Of a DNA stretch of 64,000 nt, positions 41,362 through 52,287 are shown piece after piece. How positions within the stretch are numbered: the stretch's first letter is position 1; every line of letters begins with the position of its first letter. The notes below the pieces were generated by a model. That model was not told the origin of the DNA. It worked only from the letters and a program-made list of their open reading frames with translations, and did not search any database. Source of the stretch: an uncultured delta proteobacterium (GTDB taxonomy: Bacteria > Desulfobacterota > Binatia > DP-6); contig CAWFFN010000007.1 in NCBI GenBank assembly GCA_963815115.1, positions 160,001-224,000 on the forward strand. The letters run 5' to 3'. The position numbers and the translations under genes are program-made.

Positions 41362-41907
41362 ATGCCCAAGCCGCTCCCGCCGCCGCGCCTCCAGCGCGCC
41401 ACCTCGGGCGAGGAGTCGCTGATCGCGGAGTCGGTGGTCGTCACCCGCATCGATCGCGCGATCGGCTGGGCGCGCAAGTACTCGATCTTCCCGTATCCGT
41501 TCGCGACCGCATGCTGCGCCATGGAGTACATGTCGCTCTCCATGTCGCCCTACGACATCGACCGCTTCGGTGCGCTGCTGCCGCGCTTCACCCCCCGACA
41601 GGCGGATCTGCTCATGGTGATCGGCACCGTGACCATGCGGCAGGCGCCGATCCTGCGGCGGGTCTACGAGCAGATGGGCGATCCCAAGTGGGTGATGGCG
41701 TTCGGCGCCTGCGCGTCCAGCGGAGGCTTCTACGACAACTACGCCACGCTGCCGGGCATCGACCGCGTCGTGCCGGTCGACGTGTACGTGCCGGGCTGCC
41801 CGCCGCGTCCGGAGGGCGTGCTCGACGGCCTGATGGCGCTGCAGCGCAAGATCCAGCGCCAGAAGCAGTCGTTGCGGGCCAACGACCCGGCCGCGGCCGC
41901 CAGCTGA
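41362..41907 (+). CDS. nuoB: NADH-quinone oxidoreductase subunit B
   Basis: TACCAME, PRQAD, GACASSGG, PGCPPRPE. Confidence 0.92.
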   Translation: MPKPLPPPRLQRATSGEESLIAESVVVTRIDRAIGWARKYSIFPYPFATACCAMEYMSLSMSPYDIDRFGALLPRFTPRQADLLMVIGTVTMRQAPILRRVYEQMGDPKWVMAFGACASSGGFYDNYATLPGIDRVVPVDVYVPGCPPRPEGVLDGLMALQRKIQRQKQSLRANDPAAAAS

Positions 41908-41915
41908 CCCTCGGC

Positions 41916-43203
<1,288 letters not shown>

Positions 43204-43217
<14 letters not shown>

Positions 43218-44787
43218 GATCGACGGCCGGACGATCGAGGTCGAGGACGGCGTCACCGTCATCCAGGCGGCCGACCGCCTCGGCATCGAGATTCCCCACT
43301 ACTGCTGGCATCCCGGACTCTCGATCGCGGGCAACTGCCGCATGTGTCTGGTGGAGATCGAGAAGTCGCCCAAGCTGCAGATCGCCTGCAACACGCGGGT
43401 GACCGACGGCATGGTCGTGCACACGGAGAGCGACAAGACCAAGACGGCGCAGAAGGCCGTCCTCGAGTTCCTGCTCATCAACCACCCGATCGACTGTCCG
43501 GTGTGCGATCAGGCGGGCGAGTGCAAGCTGCAAGAGTACTACATGGACTACGACCGCCAGAAGAGCCGGGTGCCGCTCGCTGGCAAGGTCCACAAGGCGA
43601 AAGCGCTCACGCTCGGTCCCCACATCATGCTCGATCAGGAGCGCTGCGTGCTCTGCTCGCGCTGCGTCCGGTTCCTCGACGAGGTGACGAAGACCCACGA
43701 GCTGGGCTTCTACGAGCGCGGCGACCACACCGTGCTGGCCCCGGCGCCCGGCAAGACGCTCGACAATCCCTACTCGACGAACGTCGCCGACATCTGTCCC
43801 GTCGGCGCCCTCACCAACCGCGACTTCCGCTTCCGCGCCCGCGTCTGGTACCTGGAGCGCACCGACTCCCTCTGCGCGGGCTGCGCCAACGGGTGCAACA
43901 TCGAGATCTATCACCGCGAGGGGCGAATCTTCCGGTACATGCCGCGCTTCAATCCGGAGGTGAACCAGTACTGGATGTGCGACGACGGGCGCATGACGGC
44001 CTACGCCCTGCAGCGCGAGGGCCGGCTGGCGCAGCCGCTGGTGCGGGGCGACAGCGCCTTCGCGGCGGCCGGGTGGAACGTTGCGCTCGGCGGAGCCGCG
44101 GAGCGCCTGGCGGCGCTGTCGCGCGGGGACGGACGGGATGCGATCGGCGTCATCGTCTCCGCGCAGGCCTCGAACGAAGAGATCGTGCTGCTGCGGCGGA
44201 TCGGGCAGACGCTCGGCGCGACCGTCGCCGGCATCTTCTGGTCGCCACCGGGTGCCTACCACGACGATCTCCTCATCAAGGCCGACAAGAACCCGAACAC
44301 GCGTGGTCTCGCGCTCCAGGGTGTGCCGCTCGACGGCACGGCCGACGGGCTGCTCGAGGCGGCCGCGGCGGGTACGCTGCAGGCGCTCGTTCTCTACCGT
44401 AGCGATCTGACCGCGTGGCGCGACGGGGCCCGGGTGCGGGCCGCGCTGGAGCGGGTGCCGTACCTGGTGGTGCTCGACACCGAGCAGCGAGAGGCGGTCG
44501 AGTTCGCGAGCGTCGTGCTGCCGGTAGGGACCCACGCGGAGAGCGACGGTACGTTCACGAATCACGCCGGACGCGTGCAGCGCTTCCGGGCCGCGGTGTC
44601 CCCGCCCGGCGAGGCGCGGCCGGGCTGGACCGTGCTCGCCGACCTGCTCGCGCGGCTCACGGGGTCGCTGCCCCTCCCGAGCGTGGAGGCGGCCTTCGCG
44701 CTCCTCGCCGAGGAGGCCGGTGCGTTCCGCGACCTCGGTTACGCGCGCCTCGGCGATCAGGGGCTCGCGACGGCCGGCTCTTCCTGA
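43204..44787 (+). CDS. nuoG: NADH-quinone oxidoreductase subunit G-like (compact)
   Basis: HYCWH...GNCRMC, NHPIDCPVCDQAGEC, CVLCSRC, N7 motif CAGCANGC. Confidence 0.88.
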
Positions 44788-45712
44788 GCGCGGCTCCGTT
44801 CGACACCGGACCGGAACGCGCTCGCGCGTCGAGCACCTGACCGCACCAGAGCGCGAGACCGCCCCACGGCCGTCGGCGTGCGACCCAGGCCTCCAGGGTG
44901 GAAGCCGCCAGGCCTCCCGGGCCGAACGCGCGCGCGGCGAAGCGGAGGGCGGCGCGGTCGAGCACGGGGCGCTCGTGCTTGCCGAGCAGCAGGAGGAGCC
45001 AGGCGAGGGTGAGCCGTCCCACACCCGGGATGCGGGCGAGCCGCGCGGCCAGGCGCGCCTCCGGCAGTCGCTCGACCGCGTCGAGATCGAGCCGCGCGGC
45101 GTCGACGTTCCGGGCGAGAGCCGAAACCCATGCCGCTCGGTGCCCGAGGCCGGTCCGGCTGGCAAGCTTCCGGACGTCCAGCCGCGCGAGTGCTCGCGGG
45201 CTCGGGAAGGCACGCAGGTCCGGCCTCACCGGGCAGCGGCGGCCGAGCGCGGTGAGAGCGGCCGCCGGGCGGAGGCCGCTGATCCCCGTCGCGCGCGCAC
45301 ACGCGATCGATCGCACGAGGTCCTCGAACAGCGAGGTCCCACGGAGCAATCGTCCCAGGCCGAGCGGGACCGCGGACCGGAGCAGCGGGTCGCCCCGGCA
45401 GAGACGGTGGAAGGGCGCGAGGTCGAGGTCGAGGTCGAGCGACCGTCGAACCCGTGCCGCCAGGGGGGCCAGTGCCTCGATCTCGCTCGCGTCCTCGCCG
45501 GTCACCCGCAGCACGACGCCGCCCGGGGCGGGCCGGATCGCGAGGTGGTAGACCACGCCGCCCGGCAGCTCCTCGGCACGCTCCAGGAGCGGGCGGGCGC
45601 CATCGTGCCACCGGAAGGGCGCCAGCTCGCCGTGACCATGCGAGAGCACGGTCGCCCGCAGGTCGAAGCGACCCCGAGCCGGCAGGACGATCTCGGCACG
45701 CTCCACCTCCAC
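44657..45712 (-). CDS. AlkA/OGG-like HhH-GPD DNA glycosylase
   Basis: GRLLRGTSLFED, AFPSP, GLGHRA, HhH IPGVG...PVLD; 3' end overlaps nuoG; start estimated. Confidence 0.75.
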   Translation of the reverse strand: MEVERAEIVLPARGRFDLRATVLSHGHGELAPFRWHDGARPLLERAEELPGGVVYHLAIRPAPGGVVLRVTGEDASEIEALAPLAARVRRSLDLDLDLAPFHRLCRGDPLLRSAVPLGLGRLLRGTSLFEDLVRSIACARATGISGLRPAAALTALGRRCPVRPDLRAFPSPRALARLDVRKLASRTGLGHRAAWVSALARNVDAARLDLDAVERLPEARLAARLARIPGVGRLTLAWLLLLLGKHERPVLDRAALRFAARAFGPGGLAASTLEAWVARRRPWGGLALWCGQVLDARARSGPVSNGAALRKSRPSRAPDRRGARNRGRGTHRPPRRGARRPPPRSGGAATP

Positions 45713-45765
45713 GGCAGTCCCATCGTGCCGCCGGAGGGGTATCTTCGCCAGCGGTCCGGGGCGCG

Positions 45766-45795
45766 TTGACTTCGCGGAAGGCGCGCCCCCATACT
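45766..45795 (+). promoter_or_regulatory. sigma70-type promoter TTGACT-N18-CATACT
   Basis: near-consensus hexamers upstream of the reductase ATG 45812. Confidence 0.5.
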
Positions 45796-45811
45796 CGAGG
45801 GACCCCGTCTC

Positions 45812-47482
45812 ATGCGACCCACCGAGCAGCAGCACCGACAAGCCCTGGCCGGCCACGCGAATCGTCTGGCACGCTTCCTGAAGGGCGAGCTTCCGGCCGA
45901 CTCGTGGCGGCCCGTCCGGCTGTCTTACGGCCTCTACTACCAGCTCGACCACACGAGCCACATGCAGCGCATCAAGATTCCGGGCGGCATGCTCACCGCG
46001 GATCAGATGGACGTCATGGCCGAGGTCGCCGACCGCTATGGCCGGGGGATCGGCCACGTCACCACGCGCCAGGACATCCAGATCCACTGGGTGCCCGTCG
46101 AGCAGATCGTCGACATGTACGAGCGGCTGCTCGCGGTCGACATCACCACGCGCGGGGCCTGCTCGGACAGCGTGCGCAACGTCACGGCCTGCCCCTATGC
46201 GGGCGTAGCTCCGGACGAGCCCTTCGACGTCGCGCCGTACTGCATGGCCATCCATGCCTACTTCCTGTTCAACCCGCTGAACCTCACCCTCCCGCGGAAG
46301 TTCAAGATCGCCGTCGAGGGGTGCCCCGAGGACTGCGCCCAGGGACCGGTGAACGACATCGGGTTCTACGCCAAGCTGCGCGACGGCGTGCGCGGGTTCT
46401 CGGTGTATGCAGGCGGTGGCCTCGGTGCCCAGCCCTTCCTCGCCAAGCACCTCGCCGACTTCGTTCCTGCCGACGACGCGCTCATCTGGTGCGAGGCGAT
46501 CGTGCGCGTGCAGCATCGCCACGGGGAGCGCAAGAACCGCAGCCGGGCGCGAATGAAGTACGTCGTCAAGAAGCTCGGTATCGATGGCTTCCGGCGCCTG
46601 GTCGAGGAGGAGGTGCGGCGGGTCGAGGCGGAGCGCGGCGAGGAGCTGCGGGCGGAAGTGCGCGAGGAGGTGGCAGCGTATGCCGTGCCGCCGCCCATGA
46701 CTGCGAGCGCTCGCTCGGCGCCAGTGAGCCCGGGTCCGGGCTTCGAGCACTGGCGCCGCACCAACGCCCGGCCTCAGCGCCAGCAGGGCTTCACCGCCGC
46801 GCTCGTTCAGCTCCCCCTGGGTGACATCACGAGCGATCAGATGCGGGCCGTGGCGCAGCTTGCGCGCGAGCTCGGCAACGGCACGCTGCGCACCACCAAC
46901 GACCAGAATCTGGTCGTGCCCTGGGTCGCCGAGGCGGAGCTGGCGGCCTTCCATGCCGCACTGCTCGAGATGGGGCTCGGCAATCCGGACGTCGGGACGC
47001 TGGTCGACGTGGTCTCCTGCCCCGGCATGGACTACTGCTCGCTGGCCATCACCCGATCAATGGGCGTGGCGGAGCGCATCCGTGCTCAGCTTCTCGACGA
47101 TCCCGACACGTCCAACGGCTTCGCGGCGCGGCTGGGGCGATTCGGCATCAAGATCAGCGGCTGCCCGAACTCCTGCGGGCAGCATCACGTCGGCGACATC
47201 GGGCTCACCGGGCACTCGGTCAAGGAGGACGACGGGGCCGAGCATCCCTACTACTCGATCCTCGTCGGCGGCAGCGTCGGTGAGGGGCAGGGTCGCGTCG
47301 GTCATCGACTCGGCCGTTTCCGCGAGGACGACACTCCCGTCGCGATCGCGGCGCTGGCCCGCTTCTTCGAGGCGCGGCGCGAGGCCCGTGAGACGTTCCC
47401 GACCTTCGTCGAGCGGATCGGCATCAAGGAGCTGGCCAAGGTGGCCGATGGAGCCATCGCCGCCGGCACCGGACATGACTGA
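45812..47482 (+). CDS. siroheme/[4Fe-4S] sulfite/nitrite reductase
   Basis: HVTTRQDIQ, LPRKFK, CPGMDYC, SGCPNSCG. Confidence 0.9.
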   Translation: MRPTEQQHRQALAGHANRLARFLKGELPADSWRPVRLSYGLYYQLDHTSHMQRIKIPGGMLTADQMDVMAEVADRYGRGIGHVTTRQDIQIHWVPVEQIVDMYERLLAVDITTRGACSDSVRNVTACPYAGVAPDEPFDVAPYCMAIHAYFLFNPLNLTLPRKFKIAVEGCPEDCAQGPVNDIGFYAKLRDGVRGFSVYAGGGLGAQPFLAKHLADFVPADDALIWCEAIVRVQHRHGERKNRSRARMKYVVKKLGIDGFRRLVEEEVRRVEAERGEELRAEVREEVAAYAVPPPMTASARSAPVSPGPGFEHWRRTNARPQRQQGFTAALVQLPLGDITSDQMRAVAQLARELGNGTLRTTNDQNLVVPWVAEAELAAFHAALLEMGLGNPDVGTLVDVVSCPGMDYCSLAITRSMGVAERIRAQLLDDPDTSNGFAARLGRFGIKISGCPNSCGQHHVGDIGLTGHSVKEDDGAEHPYYSILVGGSVGEGQGRVGHRLGRFREDDTPVAIAALARFFEARREARETFPTFVERIGIKELAKVADGAIAAGTGHD

Positions 47483-47753
47483 CGACCCGGGCGAGGGCGA
47501 GGTCGCCGCCGGCCTGGACGAGGCGCGGGACCTCTACTACCGCGGTGTGATCACCCGGGTCTACTACGGGAGCGAGAGCGGCACGCTGCGCAGCGAGGGA
47601 AGCGGCCGCGAGTACCGTTTCCGCTATCCGTTCGTGGAGATCCGGGGAGCCATCCCTCGCATCGACGGCCTGCGCGAAGGCATGACCGTCGGCTTCGACC
47701 TGGGATGGACGTCGCGCGGCCGCCGCGTGACGGTCATCCGGGTCTACGACTGA
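47475..47753 (+). CDS. small OB-fold/cold-shock-like hypothetical protein
   Basis: overlaps the reductase stop; pattern YRGVI...SGTL...F...LREGMTVGF...G..V. Confidence 0.6.
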   Translation: MTDDPGEGEVAAGLDEARDLYYRGVITRVYYGSESGTLRSEGSGREYRFRYPFVEIRGAIPRIDGLREGMTVGFDLGWTSRGRRVTVIRVYD

Positions 47754-47786
47754 GCGCTCCGCCCAGAGCGGTCCAGCCGGAGCGGC

Positions 47787-48608
47787 CTAGAGCGGTAGGG
47801 ACGTGCGGAAGAGGATGAGCCGTCCCAGCAGCTCCCCGACCAGCACGGCCAGGATGGCGACGTAGAACAGGCCGGTCGCGGCCATGGTCTGCGGAATCTG
47901 CAGGCTCCGGTGGATCATGTAGGCGATGGCGAGGGCGGCGAGCGGGCCGAGCACGACACGCAGCGCCAGGAGCGGGGCGTGGTCGTGCCAGAGGCGCGCG
48001 ATGGCGGCCGCGCCATCGCTCGAGGTGAGGCCGAGGACCAGCAGAGTGAACAGCCCGAGAGCCAGCTGGATCAGCAGGACCGCGACGAAGTACCGGAACA
48101 GGCGTCGCAGCGGATCGATCGAGAGCCCGAGGTCGATCAGGTACCAGTGACCAAGGAGCATGCCGCAGGCGACCGCTCCGAGCACGAGCGCACCCGTGAG
48201 GAAGGCGATCGGATAGAGCAGGGTGGCCGGACCCGTCCAGGGGCCGAGGCGAAAGCGGAGCGCGCTGACCGTCAGGGCCACGATCCCGAGAAGCAGGCCG
48301 GCGGCAAAGGCGCGAGCCCGGAGCGCGTTCGAATCGGTCCAGAGCGAGGCGAGATAGGTGCCGAGGGCAGCCGTGAAGGCTACCCAGAGGGCGAGCTCGC
48401 CCACGTCGGCGCTCGTCAGCGCCCCGGAGCGAAACACGAGGGCCACCTTGCCGGCGACGAACAGCACGGCGAAGCCGAGAAAGATGCCGGCGCTCGAGCG
48501 GTAGAAGCCGCGGTCGAGCACGCTGAAGGGTGGGACCGCGAGCCCGGCGAGGCCTCCCACCGCCAGCTGCCCGAAGAGCAGCAGGAAGCAGTCGCTGAAG
48601 CGCGACAC
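47787..48608 (-). CDS. polytopic membrane protein (DmsC/NrfD-like)
   Basis: about 8 TM segments; MLLGHWYL; C-terminal GELLGR. Confidence 0.65.
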   Translation of the reverse strand: MSRFSDCFLLLFGQLAVGGLAGLAVPPFSVLDRGFYRSSAGIFLGFAVLFVAGKVALVFRSGALTSADVGELALWVAFTAALGTYLASLWTDSNALRARAFAAGLLLGIVALTVSALRFRLGPWTGPATLLYPIAFLTGALVLGAVACGMLLGHWYLIDLGLSIDPLRRLFRYFVAVLLIQLALGLFTLLVLGLTSSDGAAAIARLWHDHAPLLALRVVLGPLAALAIAYMIHRSLQIPQTMAATGLFYVAILAVLVGELLGRLILFRTSLPL

Positions 48609-48694
48609 GGCGCGGAGGTCTAGTGGAGGTGGCGCGTGGGAGCAAGCGTCGGGCGGCTACCGTGCGGGTCGCGTCTGCGGGCCTGGTGCCTGGC

Positions 48695-49042
48695 TCAGCC
48701 CCCGCGGCGCTCGGTCGGCGGCGGCGGTGGTGGAGGCGGCGGTGGCGGTGGAGGTGGCGGCGGCGGTGCGGCTTCGCGAATCGGATCGCAGATCACGTGG
48801 CCCAGGAGCGCGCCGAGTCCAGCTCCGACGATCGTGCTGCCGATGATGCCGCCGGCCCGCGCGCCGTCCGATGGGTCGCCGTTGTTGTTCAGCACCACTC
48901 CGGTGGTGATGCCGCCGGCGGCACCGCCGAGGATGGCGCCGCCCACGGCGCACGATCCCCACTCACGATCGGCGAAGTTCGCGCATCCCGAGAGCGTCAG
49001 GACAGCCACCAGCCCCCCAACAACAGCGTGCGGTCTCCGCAT
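48695..49042 (-). CDS. glycine-zipper lipoprotein with a 17-Pro tail
   Basis: lipobox LSGC; GAILGGAAGG / GAGLGALLG; 17 consecutive Pro codons at 48716-48766. Confidence 0.75.
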   Translation of the reverse strand: MRRPHAVVGGLVAVLTLSGCANFADREWGSCAVGGAILGGAAGGITTGVVLNNNGDPSDGARAGGIIGSTIVGAGLGALLGHVICDPIREAAPPPPPPPPPPPPPPPPPTERRGG

Positions 49043-49168
49043 GGTCCCCTCCTCAGGTGTCGTCCGGTCGTGGGCGCAGTAACGGGAACGAGGCGTGCGG
49101 TAACCGAAAGGGTCCTGGGAGTCAAGGCGTATGAAGCACGCAGCCGCAGTCCAGGTGTCGTTCGTATC

Positions 49169-49197
49169 TTGACACGACGGCGGAGCCTCAATTTAAT
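49169..49197 (+). promoter_or_regulatory. sigma70-type promoter TTGACA-N17-TTTAAT
   Basis: near-consensus, upstream of GGAGG and ATG 49221. Confidence 0.6.
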
Positions 49198-49220
49198 CCC
49201 GCGCCACGGGAGGTTGGCAC

Positions 49221-49952
49221 ATGCGGACTCGGGTGCGGACGGTGACGCTCGCGCTCCTCCTCGCCTGCTGCGCGTGTGGCGGCAACCCGGCAGACGTCGA
49301 GGACATCAAGAAGGGGCAGAAGGAGATCCTCGACCGCCTCACCGCGCTCGAGAAGTCGGTGCAGCAGGTGAAGCAGGCAGCGCCCGCTCCCGCCCCGGCT
49401 CGCCCGCAGGTCGATCCGGCGAAGGTCTACAACATCCCGCTGGCGAGCTCCCCTGCGCGCGGCCCGAGCGACGCCAAGGTGACGGTCGTCGAGTTTGCCG
49501 ACTACCAGTGTCCGTTCTGTGGCCAGGCCGAAGGTCTGGTGAAGGAGGTACTCGAGACGTACCCCAAGGACGTTCGTCTGGTCTACAAGCAGTTTCCGCT
49601 GCCTTCGATCCATCCGCAGGCGATGGCCGCGGCGAAGGCGGCACTCGCCGCCGGCCGGCAGGGAAAGTTCTGGGAGATGCATGACCTGCTCTTCCAGAAT
49701 CAGCGCGACTTGAGCCCCGAGAAGCTCACCGAGCTGGCCGAGTCCTTGCATCTCGACGTCATGCAGTTCCAGAAGGACCTGGAATCGCCGGAGGTGCTCG
49801 CGCAGATCTCTCGCGAGCAGCAGGAAGGCAAGAGCGTCGACGTCATCGGCACGCCGACGATCTTCGTGAACGGCCGGCGGCTGATGAACCGCTCGCTCGA
49901 CGGCTTCCGGCAGATGATCGACGGCTCCCTCGGGCGACAAACGACGGGGTGA
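49221..49952 (+). CDS. DsbA-family thioredoxin-fold lipoprotein
   Basis: EFADYQCPFC, GKFWEMHD, GTPT; N-terminal lipoprotein signal and coiled coil. Confidence 0.9.
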   Translation: MRTRVRTVTLALLLACCACGGNPADVEDIKKGQKEILDRLTALEKSVQQVKQAAPAPAPARPQVDPAKVYNIPLASSPARGPSDAKVTVVEFADYQCPFCGQAEGLVKEVLETYPKDVRLVYKQFPLPSIHPQAMAAAKAALAAGRQGKFWEMHDLLFQNQRDLSPEKLTELAESLHLDVMQFQKDLESPEVLAQISREQQEGKSVDVIGTPTIFVNGRRLMNRSLDGFRQMIDGSLGRQTTG

Positions 49953-50526
49953 GTCGCCGCGCCGTCCAGGAAGTTTGTCAGCGCCTGGCTACGGTGGCGA
50001 ACCGCCCGGACTTCCAGTGGAACTTCGTGGGTCGACGACGACCAGCGGGTGAATGCGTTCTGTCTTCCCGGCGGCAAGGCGGCGGTCTACACGGGCATCC
50101 CGCCGGTCGCACAGGATCAAGCAGCTCGCCGTCGTGCTCGGCGACGAGACCGCACGCGCGTCGCGCGCCAGAGCACGTTGGCACAAACTCGGCGGCGCGG
50201 CTCTCGCCATCGGACTCGGCAGCAGCGCAGGCGCGTCCGCTATCGGCCTGTAGCCCTATGGTCGCATGCGGGAGCCGGGGCGGATCACATCGGCCTGCTG
50301 CTCATGGCGCAGGCAGGATACGATCCGCGTGCCGAAATTGACTTCTGGCAGCGCATGGAGGAGACGAGGCGGCGATGCGCCACCGGAAGTTCTCTCCACG
50401 CATCCGAGCCGCGGCACGCGCACGGTGCAGCTTCGCGCGTGGATCCCTGAAGCGATGCGGCTTTACGAGGCCGCCGCGCCCGCTCCCACCGCGCCGCTCG
50501 CGCGCGGCGGCGACGTGAAGCGCTGA
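49949..50526 (+). pseudogene. M48 (HtpX/Oma1-like) metallopeptidase remnant
   Basis: fragments in different frames: FQW, NAFCLPGGK, LAVVLGDETA (degraded HExxH), ADHIGLLLMAQAGYDP, LSTHPS. Confidence 0.85.
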
Positions 50527-50819
50527 TCACGGACGCGCGCCGCGGAAATCTTCGCGTGCCGGAAAATTTTTTTCCCGAAGATGCGCGCGATGTTACGGCG
50601 TCGCGACAAGATCGCGACGATCTCCCACCTTGCAATACTCGCTGAACCGCGCTAAACGCAGACCCTCCCGCGACATATTGCTTTCTTGAACATGACGGAG
50701 GTTAAGGGTTGGATGCGGTCGCTCCCGGGATGGGAGCGGCGGTGTGGCGGGTGGGTGTCGGAGGCGGCCGCAGTCGTGAACGGCTTGTCCCGCGGGGTGT
50801 TCTGCGACTTCTCCCCACG

Positions 50820-50828
50820 TGTGGATAA
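50820..50828 (-). promoter_or_regulatory. perfect DnaA box (TTATCCACA)
   Basis: TGTGGATAA on the + strand, about 60 nt before the dnaA ATG. Confidence 0.75.
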
Positions 50829-50887
50829 CGCCGCGCGGGGCATCTCGAAGGAACCGATCGGGGATCGGTGCAACGAGGGGTCGGTGG

Positions 50888-52210
50888 ATGCTCGACGCCG
50901 TGTGGGGGGAGATGCGACGGCAGCTCCGTGCTTGCCTGTTCGCGAAGGACTTCGATACCTGGATCGCCCCCCTGCGGGCGACCTGCTTCGAGGCCGGGGA
51001 GCTCACCATTGAAGTTCCGAGCGCCTTCAGCCTCGAGTGGATTCGGGAGCACTATCTGGACGCACTGACACAGGCGACCGAAGGCGCTGCTGGGCACGGA
51101 ACGCGCCTGAGATTCGTCGTGAACCGGGCGCTCGAGGCCGGACCGCCGCCTCGACGACCGCTGCGGCGAGCCGAGGCGCTTCCGGTCGAGAGCACTCCGT
51201 CACCGGCACCGCGCTGCACGTTCGAGAGCTTCGTCGTCGGGCGGAGCAACGAGGTGGCGTGGCGGGGTGCACGCGCCGTGGTCGATGAACCGGGCAAGCG
51301 CTTCAACCCGCTGTTCATCTACGGCGGCACCGGACTCGGCAAGACTCATCTGCTCAACGCGACGGCCCATGCGATGCACCAGCGGCGCACGCTCTCGGGC
51401 GTCGCGTGCCTGACCGCCGAGTCCTTCGTGAACGAGATGATCGCCGCTCTCAGACGCCATCAGATGGATCAGTTCCGTCAGCGCTTCCGGGGCATCGGCA
51501 CGCTGATCCTCGACGACATCCAGTTCCTCGCCGACAAGAAGCGGTCGCAGGAGGAGTTCACGCACACCTTCAACGCGTTGCACGACGGCCGGAAGCAGAT
51601 CGTGATCGCCTCGGACCGGGCGCCGCACGAGCTGCCGGGCTTCGAGGACACGCTGCGGAGCCGCCTGGCAGCCGGCCTCCTGGCCGACATCCAGCCGCCC
51701 GATCCCGAGCTGCGATTGGCCCTCGTGCGTCGCAAGGCGGCCGAGGCCGGCCTCGAGCTGGACGACGAGGTGGCGAGCCACCTTGCCGAGCACTGGTGCC
51801 GCAACGGGCGTGAGCTCGAAGGGGTCCTGAAGCGCATCGAAGCATTCGCCACGCACGCGCAGCGGCCCGTGACGCTCACCCTGGTGCGCGAGGCGCTGGC
51901 GCCATACCGGCGTCCCGACGACGCGCGCAAATCGCTTGCCCGCATCGTCGGGGAGGTCTGCCGCCAGTATCAGGTGACTCGCGCCGAGCTGGCGTCCTCC
52001 CGTCGGACGGCACGTGTCGTGCTTCCCCGACACGTCGCGATGTATCTCTGCCGCCGGCACACCGACGCGCCGCTCGGCGTGATCGGCAAGGAGCTGGGCG
52101 GCCGAGACCATTCCACGGTGGTGCACGCCCTGGGCGCCATCGAGGAGCGGCTTCGTACCGATGCGGAGCTGCGAGCCGTCGTGTCCACGCTGGAGGCACG
52201 ACTCGCCTAG
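50888..52210 (+). CDS. dnaA: chromosomal replication initiator DnaA (possibly a paralog)
   Basis: domain I FDTWI, NPLFIYGGTGLGKTHL, LDDIQF, RELEG, domain IV GGRDHSTV. Confidence 0.9.
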   Translation: MLDAVWGEMRRQLRACLFAKDFDTWIAPLRATCFEAGELTIEVPSAFSLEWIREHYLDALTQATEGAAGHGTRLRFVVNRALEAGPPPRRPLRRAEALPVESTPSPAPRCTFESFVVGRSNEVAWRGARAVVDEPGKRFNPLFIYGGTGLGKTHLLNATAHAMHQRRTLSGVACLTAESFVNEMIAALRRHQMDQFRQRFRGIGTLILDDIQFLADKKRSQEEFTHTFNALHDGRKQIVIASDRAPHELPGFEDTLRSRLAAGLLADIQPPDPELRLALVRRKAAEAGLELDDEVASHLAEHWCRNGRELEGVLKRIEAFATHAQRPVTLTLVREALAPYRRPDDARKSLARIVGEVCRQYQVTRAELASSRRTARVVLPRHVAMYLCRRHTDAPLGVIGKELGGRDHSTVVHALGAIEERLRTDAELRAVVSTLEARLA

Positions 52211-52287
52211 CCGGGGTGGTGGGGTAGAGGAGGCGCGCCAGGGATGGCGCCGCGAGGTGCCCGCGGCACGATGAGTGCCGCGGGCAC

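Noticed and set aside
44657-44787. 131-nt convergent overlap of nuoG and the AlkA-like gene as a functional dual-coding region
   Set aside because: The glycosylase tail is low-complexity and probably simple stop-codon drift in high-GC DNA.
50527-50887. oriC
   Set aside because: Only one convincing DnaA box, no clear DUE or DnaA-trio array, and no dnaN/gyrB context.
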